From assembly GCA_039589315.1 (NCBI GenBank), contig JBDHHQ010000041.1:1-61744 (forward strand): a DNA stretch of 61,744 nt, in the 5' to 3' direction. The first letter of the stretch is position 1, and each line of letters begins with the position of its first letter. Shown here piece by piece: positions 50,161 to 58,695 of this stretch. The position numbers were made by a program, and so were the translations under genes. The stretch is from Gemmatimonadota bacterium. Lineage in GTDB: Bacteria; Gemmatimonadota; Gemmatimonadetes; Longimicrobiales; Gaopeijiaceae. The notes beneath the pieces were generated by a model, which searched no databases, was not told where the DNA came from, and saw nothing but the letters and a program-made list of their open reading frames with translations.

Positions 50161-50907
50161 ATGCATAGAAAGAAAGGCCACAGGACGCCTCTGATCATCA
50201 CCGTCGCGTTGGTCGGAAGCGCGCTTCCGACCATTGCGCACGGCCAATCCGTGAGCTCGGACCCCGGTCCGGTCGTCGATCGGGTCCTCGAAGCGTACGG
50301 GGGCGGCGACGCTGTTCGCTCCGTCGATTCGTACCGCCAAGAGGGCATGCTCGTGACGGCGCGGGGAGCGGCCCATGGGCAAGTGTATCGGATCTCCGAG
50401 GGTGCCAGCAAACTCAGCGTCCTCGTCGATTATCCCGGGCGTTCGGAGGTCCGGCTCCTGGAAGAGGATGTAGCCTGGCGCGGAACCAGCCCCGCGTCGC
50501 TCACCCCGGTCGAGGGTCCCCTGCAGGGAGCGATGGCGCTGCAGGCGGCTCGCATCGCGCTGCCTCGACTGCTCGATGAGCTTCGGGCGGAGACCGAGCT
50601 CGCAGGACCGTCCGATGAAGGCATGGCCGTTCTGGTGGTCCGCGTGGGTCAGGATCTCCTCCTCCGGGTGTACGTCGAAGAGGAGACGAACCTGATCGTT
50701 CGGACGGAGTCCGTCATCGAGTCCGCGCCGGCAGTGGTGGGGTTCGCCACGAACTACTCCGACCACCGGTCGGTCGACGGAGTGGTGTTCGCCTTCCGCG
50801 AGGAGACCTATGCCTCGGGTCGTCATACGGCCACCTCCATCATCGAGTCGGTAGAGCTCAACCCGGAGGGCCCCAGGGCGAGACTGCCGATCCCCCAGGG
50901 AAACTGA
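50161..50907 (+). CDS. hypothetical secreted protein (possible LolA-like fold), first gene of the nap operon
   Basis: Signal peptide AHG-Q; VLEAYGG, YSDHRSVDGVVFAFREE, VELNP; ends 4 nt before napD. Confidence 0.75.
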   Translation: MHRKKGHRTPLIITVALVGSALPTIAHGQSVSSDPGPVVDRVLEAYGGGDAVRSVDSYRQEGMLVTARGAAHGQVYRISEGASKLSVLVDYPGRSEVRLLEEDVAWRGTSPASLTPVEGPLQGAMALQAARIALPRLLDELRAETELAGPSDEGMAVLVVRVGQDLLLRVYVEEETNLIVRTESVIESAPAVVGFATNYSDHRSVDGVVFAFREETYASGRHTATSIIESVELNPEGPRARLPIPQGN

Positions 50908-50911
50908 AGCG

Positions 50912-51265
50912 ATGCCTGTTTGCAGCTATGTGGTCCTCCCGCGCCCGGGGGGCCAGGACGACCTCGCCAAAGAGCTCGCGAAGATCGAGGGTTGCGAGGT
51001 GGTTCGGGCCCAGAACGCCCGCGTGCTGCTGCTGGTCACGACGACCGACAGCTTCGACGCGGATGTCGAGCTGCGCCATGAGGTCGAGGCCCTGCCAGGC
51101 ATCGAGGCTTTGCTGATGACGTTCGGCGAGATCGACCCGGAAACCACCGTTGGAGACCCACTCTCGCGGGGTGCCGGCCGGCGGCGTCCAGCCGTGGGCG
51201 GCAAGCATCGTTCCGGCTCGACTCTGCCGCTCGCCGACACGGGCCAGGCGAGGAGACCTCGATGA
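50912..51265 (+). CDS. napD: NapD chaperone for NapA
   Basis: MPVCSYVVLPRPGGQDDLAKELAKIEGCEV...LLLVT...VEALPGI; small ferredoxin-fold pattern; overlaps the napA start (ATGA). Confidence 0.8.
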   Translation: MPVCSYVVLPRPGGQDDLAKELAKIEGCEVVRAQNARVLLLVTTTDSFDADVELRHEVEALPGIEALLMTFGEIDPETTVGDPLSRGAGRRRPAVGGKHRSGSTLPLADTGQARRPR

Positions 51266-53634
51266 CCGCCATGGACCGAAGGGAGTTCCTTTGGCGCTCG
51301 GCCCTCGCTTCGGCCGCTGCGGCCGCGGCCTCGATGGTGCCGGGGGTGGCATTCGGGTTGGATTGGTTGGAGGGTCAGGAGGGCGTAACCTGGCTCAAGG
51401 CGCCGTGTCGCTTTTGCGGCACCGGGTGCGGCTTGCTGATCGGCATCTCGGAGGGTCGGGCCGTCGGGGTGCGCGGCGATCCCGACTCCCCGGTGAACCG
51501 GGGACTTTGCTGCGTCAAAGGATACCACTCGGTACAGGCGCTCTACGGGAGCGATCGGATTCGACGCGCTCAAGTAAGACGAGGCGGCCGCCTGGTGGAC
51601 GTGCCCCTCTCCGAGGCACTGGACCTGGTGGCACGGCGGCTGGCGGCGACGGTCGAGGAGCACGGCAAGGACGCCGTGGCCATGTACGGGTCGGGGCAGT
51701 GGGCGATTCCCGATGCGTACGCGGCGTTGAAGCTCTTCAAGGGAGGGATCGGCACCAACAACGTCGAGGCGAACGCGCGCCTGTGCATGGCCAGCGCGGT
51801 CACCGGATTCATGTCGTCGTTCGGGCTCGACGAGCCCATGGGGTGCTACGAGGACATCGACCACGCCGATGTCTTCGTCCTGTGGGGCAACAACATGGCC
51901 GAGACGCATCCCATCCTGTTCTCGCGGATGCTGGAGCGCCGCCGGACCGACCCCGACGTCCGCATCATCGACCTGGCCACCCGTACCACGCGCACCAGCT
52001 ACGCGTCGGACCGGAGCGTGCTCTTCAATCCTCAGAGCGACCTGGCTCTGGCCAACGCCATCTGCCACGAGATCCTCCGGAGTGGCTGGGACCGGGAGGA
52101 CTTCGTCCGGAACCACGTGGCGTTCAAGTCGGGGCGGACGGGAATCGGCTACGGGCTGGACGACGAGGTCGCCGTCGCGGGCGAAGCCGAGCGAAGCCTC
52201 GCGGCGCTGCTCGGCTCGGCCGATGCCCTCGATGCGGACCGCAGTGGTTACGAGGCGTTCCTCGAGAGCTACACGCCTGACGGGGTGGCCGAGCTCACCG
52301 GGGTGCCGGCGGACGAGATCCGCTATCTGGCCTCACTCTACGGCGACCCCGCGAAGAAGGTCGTCTCGTTCTGGTGCATGGGGGTGAACCAGCATGTGCG
52401 CGGGACGTGGATGAACAACCTGATCTACAACATCCACCTGTTGGTGGGGAAGATATCCGAGCCTGGCAACGGCCCCTTCTCCCTCACCGGCCAACCCAGT
52501 GCTTGCGGGTCCGTGCGGGAGGTGGGAGCGCTCACCCACACACTCCCCCATGGCGACGTCACCAATGAAGACGCCCGTGCCCTGGCCGCGGAGATCTGGC
52601 AGGTCCCGGCGGAACGGATCCCGGAGCACCCGACGTACGACACGGTCGAGATGTTCCGTGCCCTGGATCGGGGGGACATCCGGTTCATGTGGATCCAGGC
52701 CACGAATCCAATGGTCTCGCTACCGAACCGCGACCGGTACCGTGAGGGGGCCTCGGGGGATGACCGCTTCATGGTGGTTTCCGACGTCTACCCAACGCCC
52801 ACTACGGACATCGCGGACGTAGTGCTGCCCTCCGCCATGTGGATCGAGCGGGAGGGCATGTTCGGCAACTCCGAGCGGCGGACGCAGCATTGGGAGCAGA
52901 TGCTGGAGCCGCCGGGCGATTGCATGAGCGATGCCTGGCAGATCATCCAGGTCGCTCGTCGAATGGGATTCGAGGCGCTCTTCCCCTGGAGAGAAGAGAG
53001 CCACATCGAGGAGATCTGGCGCGAGTACACCCGATTCCACGACCACCCGAGCCATCGCATGGCCTCGTACGAGGACCTCAGGACGCGCCCGGGAGTGATG
53101 TGGCCCTACGTGGAAGGGCGCGAGACACAGTGGCGATTCAACGCGCGGTATGATCCGGCGGCGGACCCGGACCGCGGCTTCGATTTCTACGGCCACCCCG
53201 ACCATCGGGCATGGATCTGGCTCCGTCCGTACGAGGCTGCTGCCGAAGCCCCGGACGAGGAGTATCCGTTCTGGCTTTCCACGGGGCGCGTGCTCGAGCA
53301 CTGGCACACGGGATCGCTCACGCGACGGATCCCCGTCCTCCATCAGGCCGTGCCCCACGCCTACGCGGAGATCAACGCCGAGGACGCCCGCGAGCTCGGC
53401 GTCCGGAACGGCGACAGGGTTCGGCTCGTGAGCCCGCGGGGCACCCTGGAGATCGAAGCTCGGGTGGATTATCGCGCGCAGCCGGCCCGCGGCCATGTGT
53501 TCGTGCCCTTCTTCGACGAGGCTCTCCTCATCAACAGGCTCACACTGGACGCGTACTGTCCCATCTCGCGGCAGCCGGACTACAAGAAATGTGCAGTCCG
53601 TGTCGAGCGTCTGGGTCGAGGGGGGAGTCCGTGA
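51262..53634 (+). CDS. napA: periplasmic nitrate reductase catalytic subunit
   Basis: Tat motif DRREFL; KAPCRFCGTGCG...NRGLCCVKGY; Mo-ligand NARLCMASA; DEPMGCYED, WGNNMAETHPILF, SLTGQPSACG, GRVLEHWHTGSLTRR, PDYKKCAV; 790 aa. Confidence 0.95.
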   Translation: MTAMDRREFLWRSALASAAAAAASMVPGVAFGLDWLEGQEGVTWLKAPCRFCGTGCGLLIGISEGRAVGVRGDPDSPVNRGLCCVKGYHSVQALYGSDRIRRAQVRRGGRLVDVPLSEALDLVARRLAATVEEHGKDAVAMYGSGQWAIPDAYAALKLFKGGIGTNNVEANARLCMASAVTGFMSSFGLDEPMGCYEDIDHADVFVLWGNNMAETHPILFSRMLERRRTDPDVRIIDLATRTTRTSYASDRSVLFNPQSDLALANAICHEILRSGWDREDFVRNHVAFKSGRTGIGYGLDDEVAVAGEAERSLAALLGSADALDADRSGYEAFLESYTPDGVAELTGVPADEIRYLASLYGDPAKKVVSFWCMGVNQHVRGTWMNNLIYNIHLLVGKISEPGNGPFSLTGQPSACGSVREVGALTHTLPHGDVTNEDARALAAEIWQVPAERIPEHPTYDTVEMFRALDRGDIRFMWIQATNPMVSLPNRDRYREGASGDDRFMVVSDVYPTPTTDIADVVLPSAMWIEREGMFGNSERRTQHWEQMLEPPGDCMSDAWQIIQVARRMGFEALFPWREESHIEEIWREYTRFHDHPSHRMASYEDLRTRPGVMWPYVEGRETQWRFNARYDPAADPDRGFDFYGHPDHRAWIWLRPYEAAAEAPDEEYPFWLSTGRVLEHWHTGSLTRRIPVLHQAVPHAYAEINAEDARELGVRNGDRVRLVSPRGTLEIEARVDYRAQPARGHVFVPFFDEALLINRLTLDAYCPISRQPDYKKCAVRVERLGRGGSP

Positions 53635-54362
53635 GGCCGGCCCGGTCGGCGGGCTATGGCCCGCTTCTCCGCCGCGTCGGCCTGATCGGCGTTACCGTCT
53701 TCGCCATGTTCCAGGGTGTCGTGATGTTACGCCCCGGCCCAGGGGAACGGGAGGACTTTCGATCCGTCGCCACAGTCGAGGCGCCGGATGCCGGACGACC
53801 GATCAGAGCGGAGGCCGGGGCATTCAGGGATCTACGCGAGGGACGGCTCAACGTCGGCGAAGCCGACGCTGCTCCCCACGTAGTCGTACCCACCCGCACG
53901 AACCGGAGTGGGCGCCGCGCGTACGACGGGGCGCCCCCGGTCATTCCCCATGACCTTGCCCCGGAGACCGAGCGCACACAGGACTGCGCGCCCTGCCACA
54001 CCTTTGGTGGCTACAATCCGGGCTTGAGGACATACTCGCCCCGGTCCCCCCATCCCGAGCTGGTAAACTGTCTTCAGTGCCACGTGCGTCCGGTCACCTC
54101 GGCCAGCTTCGTCGAATCCGACTGGGTGACGCCGGACGTACCCACATACGGTCTGGGTGGCACCATACTCGGGGCCCCGCCGGCTATTCCCCACGCCCTT
54201 CTGATGAGAGAGCACTGCGTCTCCTGCCATGGGGGGGCAGCGGCGGCACCGGACATCCGAACCGACCACCCCGAACGCTTCAACTGCCGGCAGTGTCATG
54301 CGGCCGTAGAAGCCCCCGGACAGCTCTTCTCGCGGCCACTGGGGCCCGGAGCGGATCGATGA
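53631..54362 (+). CDS. napB: NapB-like cytochrome c, internally duplicated (4 hemes)
   Basis: GTGA overlap; N-terminal TM; RRAYDGAPPVIPH..CAPCH..CLQCH, then GAPPAIPH..CVSCH..RFNCRQCH; 243 aa. Confidence 0.82.
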   Translation: MRPARSAGYGPLLRRVGLIGVTVFAMFQGVVMLRPGPGEREDFRSVATVEAPDAGRPIRAEAGAFRDLREGRLNVGEADAAPHVVVPTRTNRSGRRAYDGAPPVIPHDLAPETERTQDCAPCHTFGGYNPGLRTYSPRSPHPELVNCLQCHVRPVTSASFVESDWVTPDVPTYGLGGTILGAPPAIPHALLMREHCVSCHGGAAAAPDIRTDHPERFNCRQCHAAVEAPGQLFSRPLGPGADR

Positions 54363-55246
54363 GGCGCGCGCTGGATCCGGTCCGTGTTGCCCTGCTCATC
54401 GCCGGGCTAGGGTTGGCGGGCACCCTCGCCTGTAGGCCCGGCACGCCGCACGAGGCCCTGCCGGAGCTCGCCCATGGAGACGAGGCGGCGGAATCGGAAG
54501 ACCACGAAGCGGCCACCGTGTCACACGGCAGAGCAGAGCCCGGCGAAGCCGATGTCCATGATGAGGGGACCTCCGGAACGCACGGTGAGCCGGCAGACAA
54601 CTCGCTGTTGGCGGCCGCTGTTCGCGGCATCCCCTCGGCTCCGGCCGTCGGGTTCCAGGGGCCGGAGGGCACGCCGTTCTTCGTCGCCCTGCGGACCCCC
54701 GAGGTCGGTCACTTCCCGTGCGAGTCCTGCCACATCCGCCCCATCGGAGCGAAGAGCACCACCCTCCTGCAGATGCACGCCAATCGAGCCGAGCATCAGG
54801 GAGCAGCCCGCATCGACTGCAACGCCTGCCACAATCCGAGCAGTCCGGGCGCACTCGTGCTGGACTGTGCGGAGTGCCACGAGCGCGAAGGACTGCGGGA
54901 ATTGATGCCGAGCACGACGGCCCACCTCACAGTGCGGCTCAGCCACCCCGGTGGATACCTGCGTAACTGCTTCACATGTCATTCCCCAGAGAATCCTGGA
55001 TACCTGACCCTACAGGACGGGAGCCTGGCGAGCCTCGACGAGGCATACCGCCTCTGCGCGGGGTGTCACTACACGCAGGCGGACGACTGGGCGGGAGGTG
55101 CCCACGGCAAGCGGCTCGGGGGATGGCAGAGCGATCAAAGGGTCATCCTGAGCTGTACCGGCTGTCACAACCCCCACTCGCCCAAGTTCCCGATCCGGCG
55201 GCCCGTCACATTTCCCAAGATCGCCCGAAGGGAGGCGCCACGGTGA
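54359..55246 (+). CDS. hexaheme cytochrome c lipoprotein
   Basis: ATGA overlap; lipobox TLAC; acidic His-rich linker; CESCH, CNACH, CAECH, CFTCH, CAGCH, CTGCH; DWAGGAHGKRLGGW; 295 aa. Confidence 0.88.
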   Translation: MRRALDPVRVALLIAGLGLAGTLACRPGTPHEALPELAHGDEAAESEDHEAATVSHGRAEPGEADVHDEGTSGTHGEPADNSLLAAAVRGIPSAPAVGFQGPEGTPFFVALRTPEVGHFPCESCHIRPIGAKSTTLLQMHANRAEHQGAARIDCNACHNPSSPGALVLDCAECHEREGLRELMPSTTAHLTVRLSHPGGYLRNCFTCHSPENPGYLTLQDGSLASLDEAYRLCAGCHYTQADDWAGGAHGKRLGGWQSDQRVILSCTGCHNPHSPKFPIRRPVTFPKIARREAPR

Positions 55247-56394
55247 GCTCGGATGCCTCCGGCCCCTCCGAGGGCACCAAGCGAGAGCTGACGTTCGAGG
55301 ACGTCCTCCGGTGGCAAGCCATGTCCCGCATCGTCGAACGCTCGATGGTGGACCAGGGGGTCGAAGACGTGACCCGGTGTCCGCTCGGAGACGCAGTGGT
55401 TCCCCCAGATCCACCACGAGGCCCTGGCGAGCCCGACGTTGTGCCGGCGGAAGGTCCCGGGAGCCAACTCCTCGCCAAGCCCATGGGGCGAAGGCATGCG
55501 CTCAGCACGCTGTTCGGCACCCTGCTGGCGGGCACCCAAGCCGCGGCCGCATGCACCGATGTCGTGCCGGCGGACGGGACGAGAAGAGAACGACTCCTCC
55601 TCGAGTTCCAGGAGGTTCTGAAGGGCAACTTCCGCGTGATGTCGGACGACGAGAAGCGGGAGACGATCCAGCGGCTCGAGCGACTGTCAGAGCTGAGCCG
55701 GGGCGTCCACGTGGATCTCTCGGGGGAGGACGCCCAACAGGGAGTCCTCTTCGGTTACGCCTTCAACGTCTCCAAGTGCAAGGGCTACCGGGAGTGCGTG
55801 GCGGGGTGCGTGAGAGAGAACAACCAGGACCGGGCGAGCGGGATCCAGTACATCCGGATCTTCGAGATGGAGGGTGGAGAGGTCGACTTCGAAGAGGCAA
55901 CCGCCGAGTTCCAGCACGAGGTCCCTCGAGAGGACCACTTCTACCTCGGCACCCAGTGCTTCCAGTGCGCAAACCCCCCGTGCGTCGATGTATGTCCGGT
56001 TGCTGCCACATGGCAGGAGCCTGACGGCATCGTGGTGATCGACTATGACTGGTGCATCGGGTGCCGGTACTGCATTGCAGCGTGCCCCTACTGGGCGCGC
56101 CGATTCAACTGGGCGGAGCCGGCGGTCCCGGACGATGACGTGAACCCGAACCAGCACTACCTCGGCAATCGTCTGCGGAGGAAGGGATGCGTCGAGAAGT
56201 GCACCTTCTGCATCCAGCGGACCCGGAAAGGCCGGATGCCGGCGTGTGCGGAGGCCTGTCCGACGGGAGCCCGCATCTTCGGCAACCTCCTGGACCCGGA
56301 TTCGGAAATCCGATGGGTCCTGGAGAACAAGTCGGTCTTTCGTCTCAAGGAAGATCTCGGGACTGAGCCCCGCTTCTGGTACTTCATGGATTGA
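55243..56394 (+). CDS. NrfC/DmsB-family 4Fe-4S electron-transfer protein
   Basis: CKGYRECVAGC, CFQCANPPCVDVCP, CIGCRYCIAACPY, EKCTFC...PACAEACPTGARIFG, LGTEPRFWY; GTGA overlap; start uncertain (alternatives 55321, 55483). Confidence 0.9.
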   Translation: MSSDASGPSEGTKRELTFEDVLRWQAMSRIVERSMVDQGVEDVTRCPLGDAVVPPDPPRGPGEPDVVPAEGPGSQLLAKPMGRRHALSTLFGTLLAGTQAAAACTDVVPADGTRRERLLLEFQEVLKGNFRVMSDDEKRETIQRLERLSELSRGVHVDLSGEDAQQGVLFGYAFNVSKCKGYRECVAGCVRENNQDRASGIQYIRIFEMEGGEVDFEEATAEFQHEVPREDHFYLGTQCFQCANPPCVDVCPVAATWQEPDGIVVIDYDWCIGCRYCIAACPYWARRFNWAEPAVPDDDVNPNQHYLGNRLRRKGCVEKCTFCIQRTRKGRMPACAEACPTGARIFGNLLDPDSEIRWVLENKSVFRLKEDLGTEPRFWYFMD

Positions 56395-56410
56395 CGCGCT
56401 CGATACGCCG

Positions 56411-57667
56411 ATGAAACACGTCAGGGCCTTCTTGTTATCCGCTTTGGACGCCGCGACCAGCGGTGGGCGTCTCTATCACGTTTGGATGGGCTGCCTTTCG
56501 GCAGTCATGGTCTTCGGCGGATACGCCTACTTCATCCAGTTGCGGGACGGTCTGCAGGTCACCGGCATGACCGATCACGTCAGCTGGGGCCTGTACATCT
56601 CGAACTTCACCTTTCTCGTGGGCATGGCGGCCGCCGCGGTCATGCTGGTGCTTCCCGCCTACGTTCTGCACGACGTGGATTTCAGCAAGGCCGTGCTGAT
56701 CGGTGAAGGGCTCGCGGTCGCGGCCCTGACCATGTGTCTGGGCTTCGTCGTTGTGGATCTGGGGAGCCCAATGCGATCCTGGCACCTGACGCCCGGGATC
56801 GGCTTCCTGAACTTCCCCAGGTCTCTCCTGGCTTGGGACGTCCTGGTTCTCAACGGATACCTGGCGCTCAACCTGGGAATCCCGCTCTACATCCTGTTCA
56901 CCCACTACATGGGACGTAAGCCCAACCCCAGGCGGTACGTCCCCTTCGTGTACCTCTCGGTCTTCTGGGCGGTGAGCATCCACATGGTCACCGCCTTTCT
57001 CCTCGCCGGGCTGCCGGCCAGGCCGTTCTGGAACAGCTCGCTCCTCGGTCCGCGCTTCCTGGCCTCGGCGTTCGCGGCGGGACCGTGCTTCATCATCCTC
57101 ATGCTCATCGTGGTCCGATCCAAGACACCCTACCACGTGGAGGACGCGGCCATCTCCAAGCTGGCGATGATCGCCACCGTGGCGGCACAGGTGAACCTGG
57201 TCATGATCGGATCCGAGATCTTCAAGGAGTTCTACTTCCCGACGCACCACAGCCTCAGCGCGCAGTACCTGTTCTTCGGACTGCACGGACATGACGCTCT
57301 CGTCGGTTGGATCCGGATCTCGATCGGGCTCAACATCCTGGCCACGGGCGTGCTCATGATCCACCCGTTGCGAAAGGACACGCGATGGCTGACTGCGGCC
57401 TGCCTCGTGATGTTCGTCGCCATCTGGATGGACAAGGGCATGGGGCTGGTCATCCCCGGCTTCGTGCCGTCGCCCCTGGGCGAGATCGTCGAGTACAGGC
57501 CGACGTGGGTCGAGTTCGCGGTCACCGCGGGGATCTGGGCCTTCGGTCTCTTCGTGTTCACGGTGCTCGTGCGGGTGGCTCTTCCCATCGAGCTCGGGGA
57601 GAGCCGGAGCCCCTACCTCGAAAGGCGTCCAGGGGCTGATCGATCGACCGCGGCCATAGGTGTGTAG
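56411..57667 (+). CDS. NrfD/PsrC-family integral membrane quinol-interacting subunit (DsrP/HmcC-like)
   Basis: TGMTDHVSWGLYISNFTFLVGMAAAAVML, VDLGSP, SLLAWDVLVLNGY, AVSIHMVTAFL, PRFLASAFAAGP, DKGMGLVIPGF, EYRPTWVE; about 10 TM; 418 aa. Confidence 0.92.
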   Translation: MKHVRAFLLSALDAATSGGRLYHVWMGCLSAVMVFGGYAYFIQLRDGLQVTGMTDHVSWGLYISNFTFLVGMAAAAVMLVLPAYVLHDVDFSKAVLIGEGLAVAALTMCLGFVVVDLGSPMRSWHLTPGIGFLNFPRSLLAWDVLVLNGYLALNLGIPLYILFTHYMGRKPNPRRYVPFVYLSVFWAVSIHMVTAFLLAGLPARPFWNSSLLGPRFLASAFAAGPCFIILMLIVVRSKTPYHVEDAAISKLAMIATVAAQVNLVMIGSEIFKEFYFPTHHSLSAQYLFFGLHGHDALVGWIRISIGLNILATGVLMIHPLRKDTRWLTAACLVMFVAIWMDKGMGLVIPGFVPSPLGEIVEYRPTWVEFAVTAGIWAFGLFVFTVLVRVALPIELGESRSPYLERRPGADRSTAAIGV

Positions 57668-57838
57668 TCGGGCGGTCCACTCCCGACGACGATCCACGGA
57701 CGGTCGGGCCTCGACTCGTATGGAACCGCTCCCTCTCCGCACCTCGGCAGAGCGCCCTCTATAACGAGCGCGCGCCACGGCGAATCCGCGAATGGAGCTC
57801 GGTGTTGCCCTGTTCCGGGATCCGAGGCGCGGATGCGA

Positions 57839-58579
57839 TCAGGAGGCTGTCGGGCGCAACTGGCTGACGGCCTGATCCACCACCGGGCCGCGTGACAGGG
57901 CCGGCGAGGCGGACCCGACGTTGAGGCGGTAGCCCTGGAAGATCAGGCAGAGACCCAGGAACTCGCCGACGTACAGAACCTCGACGTGCCCCATGCGGGT
58001 GGCAGCGCCTCCGATGGCCGGAAGCAGCGCTCCCACCGCGATGAGCGTGTTGCCCCAGGCCCGGTCTCTCGTACGCGGGTTCCGTCCGTAGCGCCAGGCC
58101 GAAAGCGCGGCGCCGCCCACCAGGAACACGAGTGCGTACACGTTGATCCACGGGCTGAAGAGCCGCACCCACTGCCATTCCATGACGCTGCCGGAGAGCC
58201 GGTACGTTTCCACCAGGGCGTGGTTGATGGGCGTCAGAATCACGCACACCGAGGCGATCGCGATGAACGGGATCAACACGGCGGTGAGTCGGTTCGCGGT
58301 CTTCCGGCTGAACAGCAGGTAGACCGTGCCCTGCGCCAGGGGCGCACCGCCGAGCAGGGCGCCCGCGATGTACCAGGACCGGAACGACAGCTCGTTCCAG
58401 CCGAACAGGGTCACCGACGCCTCGGTCAGCGTTCCCAGGCCATAGATGAAGATGCCAGCCGCCCACCAGGCCAGATGAGGTCCCGAGCGCCGCTCCAGGT
58501 ATCTGCGAGTGACGACGATGCCGAACCAGAGGGCCAGGAGCGTCGTTACGATGGGAACATAGTGGACGGGCTGTGCCAC
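57839..58579 (-). CDS. hypothetical integral membrane protein (6-7 TM)
   Basis: HLAWWAAGIFIYGLGTLTE, WYIAGALLGGAPLAQGTVYLL, GNTLIAVGALLPAIGG; 246 aa; downstream of the TonB receptor on the same strand. Confidence 0.8.
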   Translation of the reverse strand: MAQPVHYVPIVTTLLALWFGIVVTRRYLERRSGPHLAWWAAGIFIYGLGTLTEASVTLFGWNELSFRSWYIAGALLGGAPLAQGTVYLLFSRKTANRLTAVLIPFIAIASVCVILTPINHALVETYRLSGSVMEWQWVRLFSPWINVYALVFLVGGAALSAWRYGRNPRTRDRAWGNTLIAVGALLPAIGGAATRMGHVEVLYVGEFLGLCLIFQGYRLNVGSASPALSRGPVVDQAVSQLRPTAS

Positions 58580-58628
58580 GGGGGTCCTCGCGTTACGCGG
58601 CCCCTTGCGGGGCCGCTTTGAAGGAGAC

Positions 58629-58695
58629 GAGTCCGGCGATGACCCGGCGGGCCGGTCCCCGGGGAAGGACCCTGCCCGCCGGCATCGGCCGACTC
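58629..58695 (-). other. long imperfect GC-rich hairpin directly after the TonB receptor stop
   Basis: Arms GAGTC..CGATG..CCGGCGGGC..GGTCC and GGACC..GCCCGCCGG..CATCG..GACTC; no clear U-tract. Confidence 0.45.

Noticed and set aside
51262..53634. Alternative identity as formate dehydrogenase, assimilatory NasA or a selenoprotein
   Set aside because: Tat signal, NARLCMASA, GQPSACG and flanking napD/napB indicate NapA; no in-frame TGA.
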